From assembly GCF_001194135.2 (NCBI RefSeq), contig NC_068992.1, positions 62,046,760 to 62,110,759 of the forward strand: DNA of 64,000 nt. The letters are read 5' to 3'. Shown here piece after piece: positions 1 to 12,461 of this stretch (position 1 is its first letter; each line of letters begins with the position of its first letter). Below the pieces are notes generated by a model. The model was not told where the DNA came from. It worked only from the letters and a program-made list of their open reading frames with translations, and did not search any database. A program made the position numbers and the translations under genes. Origin of the DNA: Octopus bimaculoides (lineage: Eukaryota).

Positions 1-17
1 TATATATATATATATAT

Positions 18-288
18 CAAGAGCATTGTGAGTGGATTTGGTAGACGGAAACTGAAAAAAGTATAAGTATATATAGATGGCAAATGATAGACGGAAGATG
101 GAATATTTGAGAAACTGTTATTAATCACGACAATTCTTTCGACACATCAAGCATAGATCCCTCATGGGTGGGGCACTCAACAACTGGTCCAGGAACGTCT
201 GGTGGTGTAGATGTATCTCGTCGGGTGATAAATAAATACAACTCGTTAAAATAACAGTTCTGCAGCGTAACTTCTCGTTTTGTATATA

Positions 289-327
<39 letters not shown>

Positions 328-537
328 ATGTGTCTGTGTCTGTCCTCCCACCATCGCTTGATAACCGATACTGGTGTGTTTACGTCCCCGTAACTTAGCG
401 GTTCGGCAAAAGAGACCGTTAGAATAAGTACTACGTTTACAAAGAATAAGTCCTGGGATCGATTCATTCGACTAGAGGCGGTGCTCCAGCATGGCCGCAG
501 TCCAATGACTGAAAGAAGTAAAAGAATAAAAGAATAC
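18..537 (+). mobile_element. SINE family A copy (5' truncated) interrupted by a ~220 bp insert
   Basis: 18-58 TTGTGAGTGGATTTGGTAGACGGAAACTGAAA and ~320-537 (CATCGCTTGATAACCGAT...GGCGGTGCTCCAGCATGGCCGCAGTC...AAAAGAATA) match the two halves of the full copy at 61956-62386. Confidence 0.9.
124..229 (-). ncRNA. Type I hammerhead-like motif with long stem II (U4C variant)
   Basis: Minus strand: ATCAC-CCGACGA-GATACATC-(~62 nt)-GATGTGTC-GAAA-GAATTG-TC-GTGAT; stem I 5 bp, stem II 8 bp, GUC site. Confidence 0.7.
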
Positions 538-1838
538 AAAAATACGTTATTGGGTCACGAATGACGTCATCGTATCGTAGGGCATCATTCGTATCTGCGT
601 CGTTACGCTTTCTAGGAATACCGAATCAGTTTTTGACAGCCATGCACAAACGGACATTCAGTTCTTTGGACCAAACAGAGCGTTCTGACCTTGAGCAAGG
701 CACTTCATTTCCACGTTGTTGTAGTCTACTCAGCTAACGAATGTTTGACAGCCTCATCCGTGCGCATCAGCTGTTTTGTGTCAGGCAAAAAAAAAACACG
801 TGACAAGCAAATATACACTTTGCACCAACAATCTGGAAATGGAACAATAAAAATAGACAAGACTTGTCTAAAATCAGCGTGTATAGCTTCACCATTGTTA
901 TCTACATACATTTCAGCAATGGAATTCTTGGTTAGGAAGCAGTCCTTCTTTTCTTGAAGAATTCAAATAACTTCAAAGGTATAAAAGGCAAAAAAAAAAA
1001 AAGAAGCTACATACGTGCATAGTTTTCTTCTTACCTTTAACATTGATTAATGTATTTTTAACATAGAAAAATATACCACACACATACAAACACACGCACA
1101 CTCACATACTTTCACACACACACACACACACACACACATATGTATACACAAAAATTTTAACTATACATATACATATATACAGAACCAAATTCATATGTAT
1201 ATATATNNNNNNNNNNNNNNNNNNNNNNNNNNNNNNNNNNNNNNNNNNNNNNNNNNNNNNNNNNNNNNNNNNNNNNNNNNNNNNNNNNNNNNNNNNNNNN
1301 NNNNNNNNNNNNNNNNNNNNNNNNNNNNNNNNNNNNNNNNNNNNNNNNNNNNNNNNNNNNNNNNNNNNNNNNNNNNNNNNNNNNNNNNNNNNNNNNNNNN
1401 NNNNNNNNNNNNNNNNNNNNNNNNNNNNNNNNNNNNNNNNNNNNNNNNNNNNNNNNNNNNNNNNNNNNNNNNNNNNNNNNNNNNNNNNNNNNNNNNNNNN
1501 NNNNNNNNNNNNNNNNNNNNNNNNATATATATATATATATAGACGTAAGCTACGTGTAATTATCCTAGGAAATAGACTTTAGTAATGTTTACATACGATA
1601 TGTAAAAAACAGCTGATATATGGACATTGGAGAAGAAATCTGTCGGTTGTACTCACTTATGTTTTACATAAGTGTTGGTGGTTTTAAGTAGGATTACTAC
1701 GTGTTTTTTTATTACCTTCTTGAAATTCTTCCTCACTAGGATATATTATATGTGTGGTATACATGTGTAGCGTGCACATATGTATTACATATACTTGTCT
1801 ATGTACGTGTGTGTGAGTATGTATGTGAGTGCATGCGC

Positions 1839-1919
<81 letters not shown>

Positions 1920-2048
1920 TGTGAGGATGCGTCTATGTATATGTAGAACAAGCATTTTTTCAAACTTGTTAGTCGGGTGGTCCTTGTGTTTATTACATAA
2001 ATGAAGGCACAGACAAAATAAGTAATTTATAAATATATGTATGTATGC

Positions 2049-2083
<35 letters not shown>

Positions 2084-2094
2084 CGTGTATATGA

Positions 2095-2144
<50 letters not shown>

Positions 2145-2511
2145 ACATACAAACATATATATATATGTATACACACACACGCACACACACACACACACAC
2201 ACATCTACATACACATACATTTACACACACACAATACATTTGTAAAACACAACATGATGTTGCTGCCAAATTCTCTTTCAAAAACCAACATGGTTTCATA
2301 GTGTTGATAGCTGCTGTTTTTCTGGTTGTTGCTTATAAGTGATGTTGTGGTTGTTGTTCTCGTTGTTGTTCTCGTTGTTGTTCTCGTTGTTGTTCTCGTT
2401 GTTTTATTCTCATCATCTCCGTTGTTGTTATTGTTGTTGCCCAGACATCAGACATCTTGCATCTCCACAAACCGACTCGAGAATATTTCCTTTAAGACTA
2501 TTTCACCTATA

Positions 2512-2595
2512 GGCGCAGGCGTAGTTGTGTAGTATGAAGCTTGCTTCCCAACCATATGGTTCGAGTTCAATCCCACTGCGTGGCACCTTGGGCAA
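2512..2595 (+). mobile_element. SINE-A tRNA-like head, truncated
   Basis: GGCGCAGGCGTAGTTGTGTAGT...GGTTCGAGTTCAATCCCACTGCGTGGCACCTTGGGCAA; A/B-box-like sequence and CORE-like start. Confidence 0.85.
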
Positions 2596-2599
2596 TCCG

Positions 2600-2973
2600 C
2601 GAAGTTGAAAAAAAATTTGTACTGTATATTTTTAGAAATTACTTTTATTATTTGTATATATTTAATTTATCATAAATGCAAAACAACACCACGGCGGAAT
2701 CGATGTAAACTTAAATAATAAACAAAGACAGGTGAGCCGCGATATGGCGACGGATTACTCTGTATATATACTTTATTATTATTATTAAAGTTGCAAAAAC
2801 AGCACTATTCAATTTTCTTTCTCCGTGTTTTTCTCCTTGTTTCCGTATTCTTTCTGTTGAAGAGCGTAGCTCGAAACGTCAAAGACTTTCCGTATTCCCG
2901 AGCGTCATACTAATATATACTTTTGTTATTTACACCACCTGTCCTCGTCTGTTGTTATTATTTGTATATTCTC

Positions 2974-2977
<4 letters not shown>
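2600..2977 (+). mobile_element. Penelope-like pseudo-LTR fragment carrying a minimal hammerhead (2849-2885)
   Basis: TCTTT-CTGTTGA-A-GAGC-GTA-GCTC-GAAA-CG-TC-AAAGA; related flanks at 57640-57820; ends at (TA)n. Confidence 0.7.
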
Positions 2978-3048
<71 letters not shown>

Positions 3049-3304
3049 CTGCTACTTAGAGATTCACGTTCGTCGAACAATTTTGATTGAGATTCTTGTG
3101 ATATTTTTGTGATGTATTTTTAGCTTTAATAACAACGCATATTACTCTTCCTCCGGTATTCGAGCACTATTTTCCCCACCTTGTTTCCCATTTATGTGCT
3201 CACTCTTGTATATATATATGATTTAGTTCTAAGGATTCATTAGGATCTTGGTGCGTCAATGCGTAGGACGCCAGGAATTAATGGCTAGTTAGGATAGTAT
3301 AGCT

Positions 3305-3551
3305 GGAGACGCGTGGCTTAGTGGCTAGGATGTTGGACTGATAATCGTAAGATTGTGCTTTCGATTTCTGGACTGGGTAACACATTGTGGTCTTGAGCAA
3401 AACACTTCATTTCACATTGCTCCAGTTCACTCATCTGGCCAAATTGAGTAATCCTACGACGGACCGGCGTCCCGACTAGGTGGGAAATGTATATGCCATG
3501 AAACCGGGAGACCGGTTCTAATGAGTCGGTATGACTCGGAAAGGTAACTTT
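3305..3551 (+). mobile_element. SINE family C (tRNA head, CORE-like segment, V-domain-like body)
   Basis: Head shared with 56326 copy; GTAATCCTACGACGGACCGGCGTCCCGACTAGGTGGGAAAT...CATGAAACCGGGA resembles V-SINE bodies (from memory). Confidence 0.7.
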
Positions 3552-3694
3552 ACTATAGCATTGAGCTCGCAGTGAGGTAAACAACATTGATTGCATCAAG
3601 TGTTAGTAGGATGGTGTAAATATGCAAGTATCAAATCCAATTTAAACCGTATATCCGACTCTGGGGTCCGTTCTTGGCGAGGCGTACGTGTAAA

Positions 3695-4061
3695 AAGTAA
3701 ACACAAATGGCGTTTAAAATCTACAACTGTTTCGATAGGATTTTATTAATGCATTCATAAATGATATATGATCCACTATCATCAGGTGAAATTTTAAACA
3801 AGTCCCATTTTAAAACAATTGATGCTTCTTACAACAATCTGGACAGATCCAATGTCAGCTGGATTACCTGTTTCAAGATGTGCTATGATATTAAGCAATC
3901 GATATGATTGATTATTCAAAAACGGACATGTTTTAACGTGACCTGTTTAGAATTACCTGATGATGGTGGATCATAAGTTATGATCTAATATTTAATGAAT
4001 GCCTTAATAAAATTCTACTGAAACAGCTGTTGTAAATTTTAAACGCCATTTGTGTTTACTT
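3695..4061. mobile_element. Inverted pair of PLE-like termini, each with a hammerhead-like motif
   Basis: Arms ~3695-3820 and ~3910-4061 are reverse complements (AAGTAAACACAAATGGCGTTTAAAAT... / ...ATTTTAAACGCCATTTGTGTTTACTT). Confidence 0.8.
3953..4035 (+). ncRNA. Type I hammerhead-like motif, intact core, long stem II
   Basis: TTAC-CTGATGA-T-GGTGGA-(43 nt)-TCTACT-GAAA-CAGCTG-TT-GTAA; palindromic stem III ACAGCTGT; GUU site. Confidence 0.7.
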
Positions 4062-4164
4062 ATATATTAGTTTTATAGTCAAATAAATGTCCAGAGAACT
4101 GATTTTTCATTTGATAATAACCTAATTTCATAACTCAATCGTTGATCATCAAATATACCATATA

Positions 4165-4381
4165 TTACTTTCTATGATAGGCACAAGGCCTAAATTTTTA
4201 GTTTAGGAGTAGGTCAATTACATCGATCCCAGTGCGAGACCGGTGCTTATTTTATCGACACCGAATGTCTGACGGACAAAGTCGACCTCGGTGGAATTTG
4301 AATCCAGAACGTAAAGACGGACGAAAAGCCGCTATGCATTTTGTCCGGCGTGCTAACGATTCTGCTGGCTCACCACCTTAA
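4165..4381 (-). mobile_element. SINE family B (tRNA head and Nin/Deu-like core)
   Basis: Reverse complement of AAGGCGGTGAGCTGGCAGAA...GTCGACTTTG...; matches 9590-9808. Confidence 0.9.
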
Positions 4382-4671
4382 ACTATAGCATATTTTTTCA
4401 CGCCGTAGAGAATTGCATTTATTTTTTATGAAATAACTTTCCATTATTTCAAAAATTTACAAAATCGGAATGATTGTTCGACTGTTTAAAAACAAACATT
4501 TCAGAAAGTACTGGAGTAAATGTTTCGTTTCCAAATGTTCAGATAACTACCGAATTCTCCAGTATTCTCTGGAGCTTCGATCGATTATCCGTTTGCAGGA
4601 CCATGGGTTAATTATGTAATTTATATTCTTGAACACATATCTAACTTACTAATTATACACAAATTACTAAT

Positions 4672-5012
4672 TACATCACACATGTTACGTAATGAAATTT
4701 CAAGGTCCATTTTTCTCAACAGCTTCACTTTATCTTGGATTGATATATATTGGGGTTTACATTTGGCGCTGACGCTAACGCTCTCATTTCTGTTACGTGT
4801 AGAAGCTATCGGACAATCTTTCAAAATGTTGGTACTGCCGCTAATAAACACAGCGTAAATAAAGCATGTAAACACACAGTTCACACACTGCCACTGGTGG
4901 CCGCACTGAAAACTAGACTGGCGGTTACGAATATTTCAAATTACCCCCTTGTAATTTATCCGAATCAAACGCGTTGCGGATCATCAGTTGCCGGAAAATC
5001 GGTGGTGTAGCA
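4672..5012 (-). mobile_element. pogo/Tigger-type DNA transposon 5' remnant
   Basis: KCKPQYISIQDKVKLLRKMDLEISLRNMCD (4672-4764) resembles the CENP-B-type N-terminal HTH; degenerate TIR-like CCGATTTTCCGGCA on minus at ~4990-5005. Confidence 0.55.
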
Positions 5013-5034
5013 GCATTTATATATATTTATACAG

Positions 5035-5275
5035 GTGCAGGTATTGTTGTGTGGTTAGAAGTTTCCTTTGAAACCACACTGTTTCGGGTTCAGTCCCACC
5101 ACGTGGCACCTTGGGTGGCTGCCTTACTATAGCCTCGGGCCGAAGAAAGCCTTGTGAGTGGATTTAGTCGACCCCCAGTATTTATTGCTATTTTATGCCT
5201 GGTACTTGTTCAGTCGGTGTCTGCAGCCGAACCGCCATGTTATAGAAGCGTAATCAAACCAACACCGGTTGGACT
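5035..5275. mobile_element. Chimeric SINE-A: plus-strand head fused to minus-strand 3' half
   Basis: Head runs to GAGTGGATTTAGTCGAC (5172), then CCCCAGTATTTATT...GCCGAACCGC...CAACACCGGTTG, the reverse complement of the 3' half. Confidence 0.8.
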
Positions 5276-5295
5276 ATATAACTTTGGTATAAGAT

Positions 5296-5348
<53 letters not shown>

Positions 5349-5853
5349 NNNNNNNNNNNNNNNNNNNNNNNNNNNNNNNNNNNNNNNNNNNNNNNNNNNN
5401 NNNNNNNNNNNNNNNNNNNNNNNNNNNNNNNNNNNNNNNNNNNNNNNNNNNNNNNNNNNNNNNNNNNNNNNNNNNNNNNNNNNNNNNNNNNNNNNNNNNN
5501 NNNNNNNNNNNNNNNNNNNNNNNNNNNNNNNNNNNNNNNNNNNNNNNNNNNNNNNNNNNNNNNNNNNNNNNNNNNNNNNNNNNNNNNNNNNNNNNNNNNN
5601 NNNNNNNNNNNNNNNNNNNNNNNNNNNNNNNNNNNNNNNNNNNNNNNNNNNNNNNNNNNNNNNNNNNNNNNNNNNNNNNNNNNNNNNNNNNNNNNNNNNN
5701 NNNNNNNNNNNNNNNNNNNNNNNNNNNNNNNNNNNNNNNNNNNNNNNNNNNNNNNNNNNNNNNNNNNNNNNNNNNNNNNNNNNNNNNNNNNNNNNNNNNN
5801 NNNNNNNNNNNNNNNNNNNNNNNNNNNNNNNNNNNNNNNNNNNNNNNNNNNNN

Positions 5854-5911
<58 letters not shown>

Positions 5912-6593
5912 TATTATTATTAATATAGAAAGGATTGAGGTAACTCCTCCTGAAGATATAGAGTCAAAATTAAAAGAAGAGTGCCATTTGTTATCTTGGG
6001 AACAATATTTCGACATCTCGCGTGTCTTCCACTGGTTAAAAAAATATATTTGTCAATCTACTTCATTTTGGTTAATATAGAAAGGATTGGTCCGTTTTAA
6101 GGTATTTAAAAAAAAAAAAAAAACTACCCGCTACAACACAACACCATCAGCAGCATGACGACGACAATGACGATGACAGCAACCAACATGGCCACCACCA
6201 CCACCACCATCACGACTACAACATCCAGCATCCTCAGTTTGCCAATACCATTTCGAGGAGAAGCTGGTCAAAACCCTATCCACACTCCAATACTACATTT
6301 CTCATCCACCTCCCGAGCCGTTTCTTGCCCGTCCATCCAATCCGCTTCAACAGCTACTTTCATTATCTCTCATATTCTACTATAATTTCTTCCTCCTAAA
6401 CTCTGCCTCTCTTTGTCCTTCCTTCCTTCCATCGGCTACTTCTATTTTCTCTTCTTTAATCACTTTCAAAATCGCACACTATATTTTCTTTCTGCCTCTT
6501 CCTCAACCTCTTCGTTTGCCTCGCCCTCCTTCTTTAAGTTTTCGTTTGCTCACTTTCTCTTTTGCATCTCCAACTTATTCAAATTCTCTCTTC

Positions 6594-6640
<47 letters not shown>

Positions 6641-6807
6641 TTTCCTCTTCTTGTTGTTGTTGTTGTTGTTGTTGTTCTTCTTCTTCTTCTTCTTCTTCTT
6701 CTTCTTCTTCTTCTTCTCCTCCTCCTCCTCCTTCTTCTTCTTCTTCTTCTTCTTCTTCTTCTACCTTTTCTTTTTCTTCTTCCACTTCTAATTCTTCTAT
6801 TTCTTTT
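6594..6807. repeat. Compound triplet microsatellite (CAT)n-(GTT)n-(CTT)n-(CCT)n
   Basis: Visible; similar arrays at 8776-8930, 11436-11830, 29747-30452. Confidence 0.97.
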
Positions 6808-7700
6808 NNNNNNNNNNNNNNNNNNNNNNNNNNNNNNNNNNNNNNNNNNNNNNNNNNNNNNNNNNNNNNNNNNNNNNNNNNNNNNNNNNNNNNNNNNNNN
6901 NNNNNNNNNNNNNNNNNNNNNNNNNNNNNNNNNNNNNNNNNNNNNNNNNNNNNNNNNNNNNNNNNNNNNNNNNNNNNNNNNNNNNNNNNNNNNNNNNNNN
7001 NNNNNNNNNNNNNNNNNNNNNNNNNNNNNNNNNNNNNNNNNNNNNNNNNNNNNNNNNNNNNNNNNNNNNNNNNNNNNNNNNNNNNNNNNNNNNNNNNNNN
7101 NNNNNNNNNNNNNNNNNNNNNNNNNNNNNNNNNNNNNNNNNNNNNNNNNNNNNNNNNNNNNNNNNNNNNNNNNNNNNNNNNNNNNNNNNNNNNNNNNNNN
7201 NNNNNNNNNNNNNNNNNNNNNNNNNNNNNNNNNNNNNNNNNNNNNNNNNNNNNNNNNNNNNNNNNNNNNNNNNNNNNNNNNNNNNNNNNNNNNNNNNNNN
7301 NNNNNNNNNNNNNNNNNNNNNNNNNNNNNNNNNNNNNNNNNNNNNNNNNNNNNNNNNNNNNNNNNNNNNNNNNNNNNNNNNNNNNNNNNNNNNNNNNNNN
7401 NNNNNNNNNNNNNNNNNNNNNNNNNNNNNNNNNNNNNNNNNNNNNNNNNNNNNNNNNNNNNNNNNNNNNNNNNNNNNNNNNNNNNNNNNNNNNNNNNNNN
7501 NNNNNNNNNNNNNNNNNNNNNNNNNNNNNNNNNNNNNNNNNNNNNNNNNNNNNNNNNNNNNNNNNNNNNNNNNNNNNNNNNNNNNNNNNNNNNNNNNNNN
7601 NNNNNNNNNNNNNNNNNNNNNNNNNNNNNNNNNNNNNNNNNNNNNNNNNNNNNNNNNNNNNNNNNNNNNNNNNNNNNNNNNNNNNNNNNNNNNNNNNNNN

Positions 7701-7735
<35 letters not shown>

Positions 7736-7913
7736 GGTCAGGTTAGCGAACCGAGCTACCCGTGTCATATATAAATATATGTGTATGTGTTATCATATTA
7801 CTGATGTATATATGCATATATCATTCATGTATACAGATGTATATGTGTGTTTGTATGTGTGTATGAATTCAGTAGCATCGCCTCTCAATATATTTATGCA
7901 ATATATCTATCTA

Positions 7914-7949
<36 letters not shown>

Positions 7950-7959
7950 NNNNNNNNNN

Positions 7960-8001
<42 letters not shown>

Positions 8002-8300
8002 TATATGCGAATGCATATACATATGTATGTACGCTTGTTTGTATGTATGTGTGTATGCATGTATGTATAGGCATCTCACAAGATTACGAGAATAATTATT
8101 GTCTACATTGATAGCAATGAGTTCTCTCAATTCTAACGCATGAAAATGCATACTGTAGTGTGTCTACGGCCTATATAATATCAACGTTTCTTTCTTCTCC
8201 TCCTCGTTCTTTCTTTCTTTCTTTCTTTCTTTTCCTTCATTTATTTCTTCCTGTCCTTATGTAAGTGTGTATACGTGTGGGTTTGTGCATGTGTCTGCCT

Positions 8301-8347
<47 letters not shown>

Positions 8348-8842
8348 TTATATATATGCATGAATATATAGACATAGATATATGCGTATATATATATATA
8401 TATATATACATACACATGCATATATACATATTTCTATCTATATACCTATATAATGTATATATATATCTATATCTATATATCTATCTATATATATATATAT
8501 AGACACACACATATATATTGTATACAGCTCTATATATTGCTGTTCCTCAGTGTTTGTATAAATTACTTATGCTATCCCATCATCCTAATCTTTTCCACTT
8601 TAGGCTTTTTTTTGTTAGTCCCATCATTGTTTTTCCTTCAAAATATATTTCTTCATTTCTTCCTTTGTTTTTTTTTTCTTTATTTGTTTTCTGCTATATT
8701 TTTTCTTTTCCTTTTTTTCTCCTGCCAACAATCTTTCCCCCGTTTTGAATATAATTATTATTAACAATATTTTATTTCTTCTTCTTCTTCTTCTTCTTCT
8801 TCTTCTTCTTCTTCTTCTTCTTCTTCTTCTTCTCGAGCGTGG

Positions 8843-8901
<59 letters not shown>

Positions 8902-9052
8902 CGTTGTTGTTGTTGTTATTGTTATTATTATTGCTTGTCTTATTCGATCAATCCCACTTCCTCGGTGCACAGCACATTTACTGGTTCTTTGCTGCTCTGC
9001 TAAGTATGTAAACGTGTGTGCAATCAAGCTATCTACAACAACAACAGCAACG

Positions 9053-9086
<34 letters not shown>

Positions 9087-9589
9087 TGTCGAGGCCTTCA
9101 TGCGAGCTAATCGATGCGCATAGCTAAGTGCAACTTCTGTTTCCCCAGGTATGCAAGGGCGATATTGGTTTTAGATGGGTGAAGAGTTGCTTGCCTTACA
9201 TCCAATTTGCTCATTTGTTTGTTTTGATTTGTTTGTTTTTCATTATATTATTCTGTTGTCGTCGAAGTCGTCGTCCTTGTTGCTGTTGTTGTTGTGAACA
9301 TTGTTGTTGCTATTGTATATTATTGTGAAAGATTTTATAATTTAGAAAGGTGACGTGATAGTGTGAAACGTGTATGTTAAGTTGTGTCTCTGTTAGGTAG
9401 AGTATTCCGCTATACAAGTTGTGATAATGCGTAGAGCGTACCATGTGTTTATAGTAATGTACTAATGTGCTGTCATCGTCTATCTAGAATTACATATAGG
9501 GAAGAGTATTCTTTCTTAACCAATTTTGCCCCAACTTCGATTTTCCAACAATGTGTGCCCCACCGTCAATAGGCAATGTTCATATTCAT

Positions 9590-9808
9590 AAGGCGGTGAG
9601 CTGGCAGAAACGTTAGCACGCCGGGTGAAATGCTTAGCGGTATTTCGTCTGTCTTTACGTTCTGAGTTCAAATTCCGCCGAGGTCGACTTTGCTTTCATC
9701 CTTTCGAGGTCAATAAATTAAGTACCAGTTGCATACTTGAGTCGATCTAATCGACTGGTCCCCTCCCCCCAAATTTCGGGCCTTGTGCCTAGAGTAGAAA
9801 AGAATATT
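9590..9808 (+). mobile_element. SINE-B, near full length, tail type 2
   Basis: AAGGCGGTGAGCTGGCAGAAACGTTAGC...GGTCGACTTTGCTTTCATCCTTTCGAGGTC...AAATTTCGGGCCTTGTGCCTAGAGTAGAAAAGAA. Confidence 0.95.
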
Positions 9809-10189
9809 CATATTCATACATGCGTACAAACATAGATACATGCATACACGCACACAAACATACACACACATACACATATGGAAAAATAAGAAGAAGCATA
9901 TGCGTTTTCCTTTTATATTGCTCTGAATTAGTTCTAGAATATATTATTAGAGTGAAATCCTTTCAAAATACAGTAATATGCATTGAAAAACGGGTTATCA
10001 CAAATCAAATTATTTCGAGATGAATTATTATATATTCCAAAATATCATATCAAATCCAAAATACATTACGGATTCCAAAGTATATTAAAATGATTTTAAA
10101 ATATTTTATTAAACTCTTCAAAGTCCATAAATGACAAAATTACATCAAAGTACTTCCAACATAAATAGGAGTTTTTTTGTTGTTGTTTT

Positions 10190-10620
10190 GTGTTTTAAAT
10201 TTGGACACAACGCTAGCAGTTTTATATTGAGAGGCAAATCGATTAGATCGACCCCAGTGCTCGACTGGTTCTCATTTCATCGATCCTGAAAGGATGAACA
10301 GTGAAGCTTCCTTGGCGGAATTTGAATTTAGAACGTGGAGTCGGAAGAAATTTTACTAAGCATTATCTCCGGTGTGCTAACGATTCTGCCATCTCCCACA
10401 AATAATTTTTTCTACTGGAAACACAAGTCCTCAAATTTGGGGGAAGGGATTAAGTTGATTATATCGACCCCAGTGCATGACTGGTATTTATTTAATCGAC
10501 CCGGAAAGGATGAAAGGCAAAATCAACGGCGGCGGAATTTGAACTCAGAACGTATCGACAGACGAAATACCGCTAAGCATTTTGCCCAACGTGCTAACGA
10601 TTCTGCCAGCTAGCCGCCTT
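10190..10620 (-). mobile_element. Two head-to-tail SINE-B copies
   Basis: Two successive reverse-complement cores (~10190-10400, ~10410-10620), each ending in CTAACGATTCTGCC. Confidence 0.9.
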
Positions 10621-10866
10621 ATCTTGCACAAATAATAATAGCAATGATAATGTTGGTGACGATGTTGTGAGAACATGCTTCTGTCTAGTGAACGAAGTTG
10701 AAGAAGCTGCAGTTCTCTAATGAACCATACCAATCGAAACAAGAACCAGATCGATTCTACTTGTAGTTCTTTCCAAATGAATAGACCCAATCGATAACTA
10801 CTCCCTCCCGTATATTCTGCCATAATATTTCAAGTGAAATAAAACCAAAATGATGGCTTAAACTAT

Positions 10867-10947
10867 GGAACCTCTACATGGCGATTCAACCTGTTTAAAA
10901 TAGCAGATAAATCTCCATCAAGTTACAACCTACCGTCGAGAAAAGAG
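10867..10947 (+). repeat. Degenerate dispersed repeat family D (core CTAGAAATAGCAGCCAAATC)
   Basis: Related segments at ~11305-11385, ~14055-14230, ~26730-26790, ~43270-43330. Confidence 0.55.
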
Positions 10948-11434
10948 CAGGAAACAATGGACAATTGTAGTCGTTGACGGTCAATATTCGAGAGAACGAT
11001 GAGGTGGTCGGAGCTTGAACACAGTTGCTGTTAGATCTGCTGGAACGAGTCTGACTTAGGCGGGAGTTTAAAGAACAACAACAACATAATCCAATGAACA
11101 AGCTTTATGCAGTTGCATGATCTACTGTAATTAGCAGACGAACCCCGCTCAAATAGCATTTTACTCTCATGTGTTGATGGTGCAATCCATGAAGCCGATC
11201 CGCAAAGCTCGAGCGATTGATGGAAAGCTTTTGGATAAAATTTTGCCGGACCAGGTCATACCTGGGGATAAAGGATTAAAATCAACAAAAATAAGTCAGC
11301 AAGGAAACCTATGCGTGGGAATTAGCCAGCTAGAAATAGTAGCCAAATCACAATCCACTTTCTTGAAAAAGGAAAGGGCTCAGTGGAAAATTATGTTCTG
11401 GATGAAAATTATGTTCTGGATGGAGAGACTACTC

Positions 11435-11497
<63 letters not shown>

Positions 11498-11795
11498 TTA
11501 CAGCAGTAGCAGTAGAAATAAGAACAGCACCAGAACCAGCAGTAACAACAACGAAAACAAACAACAACAGCAGCAGCAACAACGACAGTAGTAGCAACAA
11601 CAAATGCGTGGATAACAAGTCACAACAACTTCAGCATCAGCAGCAACAACATCAAGAACACACAAAAAAAGAAAAAAAACAACAGCGGTCAGTAAAAAAA
11701 GCTACAGCGCCAATATCATCATCATCATCAGCAGCAGCAGCAACAACAACAACAACAGTAATAACAAGAACAGCAACAGAGGTACCAGCAACAGA

Positions 11796-11827
<32 letters not shown>

Positions 11828-12305
11828 TGTGATTGGTTACAATAGCAGCAATAATAAGTGCAACACCAGCAACAAGCAATAATAATCAAATAAACAAAAT
11901 AGGTGGCTGTGAGGCGGGTGGGGGCGGGGGATGGTTCCCGAATTATTTGGTAACGTCGATAACCTGGTTCGGTTTTGAATAAATGAAAAAATTGGCGAAT
12001 TAAAGCGAAATCAGGAATCTAAAAATAGCAACCGAAGAACAGTTCAACGTTTTACAAGCTGGTGTTGTGTCGTTGCCATGGATATTGTTGGATTCGAAGT
12101 CATGAATAAATAATTATCCATCCACCCATCCATCTTCTCCACCGATTATTCGAGGGAAGATCCGCGGAGTTATAGTCCTCGGGTACCTCGGCACATTTTC
12201 TGTAGTGTCACATCAGAAGTAACCGTCATTTGACTTTCCGACTGGTTTTCGAAGCGTGACCAACTGAAACTATGGATATTATTCAACCATGTCGTTTTGG
12301 CTTAC

Positions 12306-12371
12306 TCGTAGGTCACTCGCTGATTGGTTCGGCTTGAAGAGAGAATCCCTTTTGCGATTCTTTTCTGCATC
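12306..12371 (-). CDS. Candidate coding exon, unidentified (DAEKNRKRDSLFKPNQSASDLR, or KRIAKGILSSSRTNQRVTY from the CAG at 12365-12367)
   Basis: Pyrimidine tract and AG acceptor(s), GTAAGC donor, non-repetitive; no homology recognised. Confidence 0.25.
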
Positions 12372-12422
12372 CTCCAAGGAAAAATAAGTGAATAAATTTT
12401 AAAATAACGAAACAACACACAC

Positions 12423-12461
<39 letters not shown>

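Noticed and set aside
4981-4988. CTGATGA on the minus strand as a hammerhead core
   Set aside because: No downstream GAAA or stems; lies in the pogo-like terminus. Isolated cores at ~5949, ~18568, ~50215, ~57457 and ~61694 were rejected likewise.
6230-6400. Possible LINE 3' end on minus
   Set aside because: Similarity too vague to support a call.
6579-6785. Acidic/poly-Q low-complexity protein
   Set aside because: Compound triplet microsatellite beside a gap; no splice or codon support. The same applies to 11383-11832 and 29696-30457.
12150-12200. Minus-strand PRIIGGED resembling a trypsin activation site
   Set aside because: Stop codon follows within a few codons; no protease motifs.
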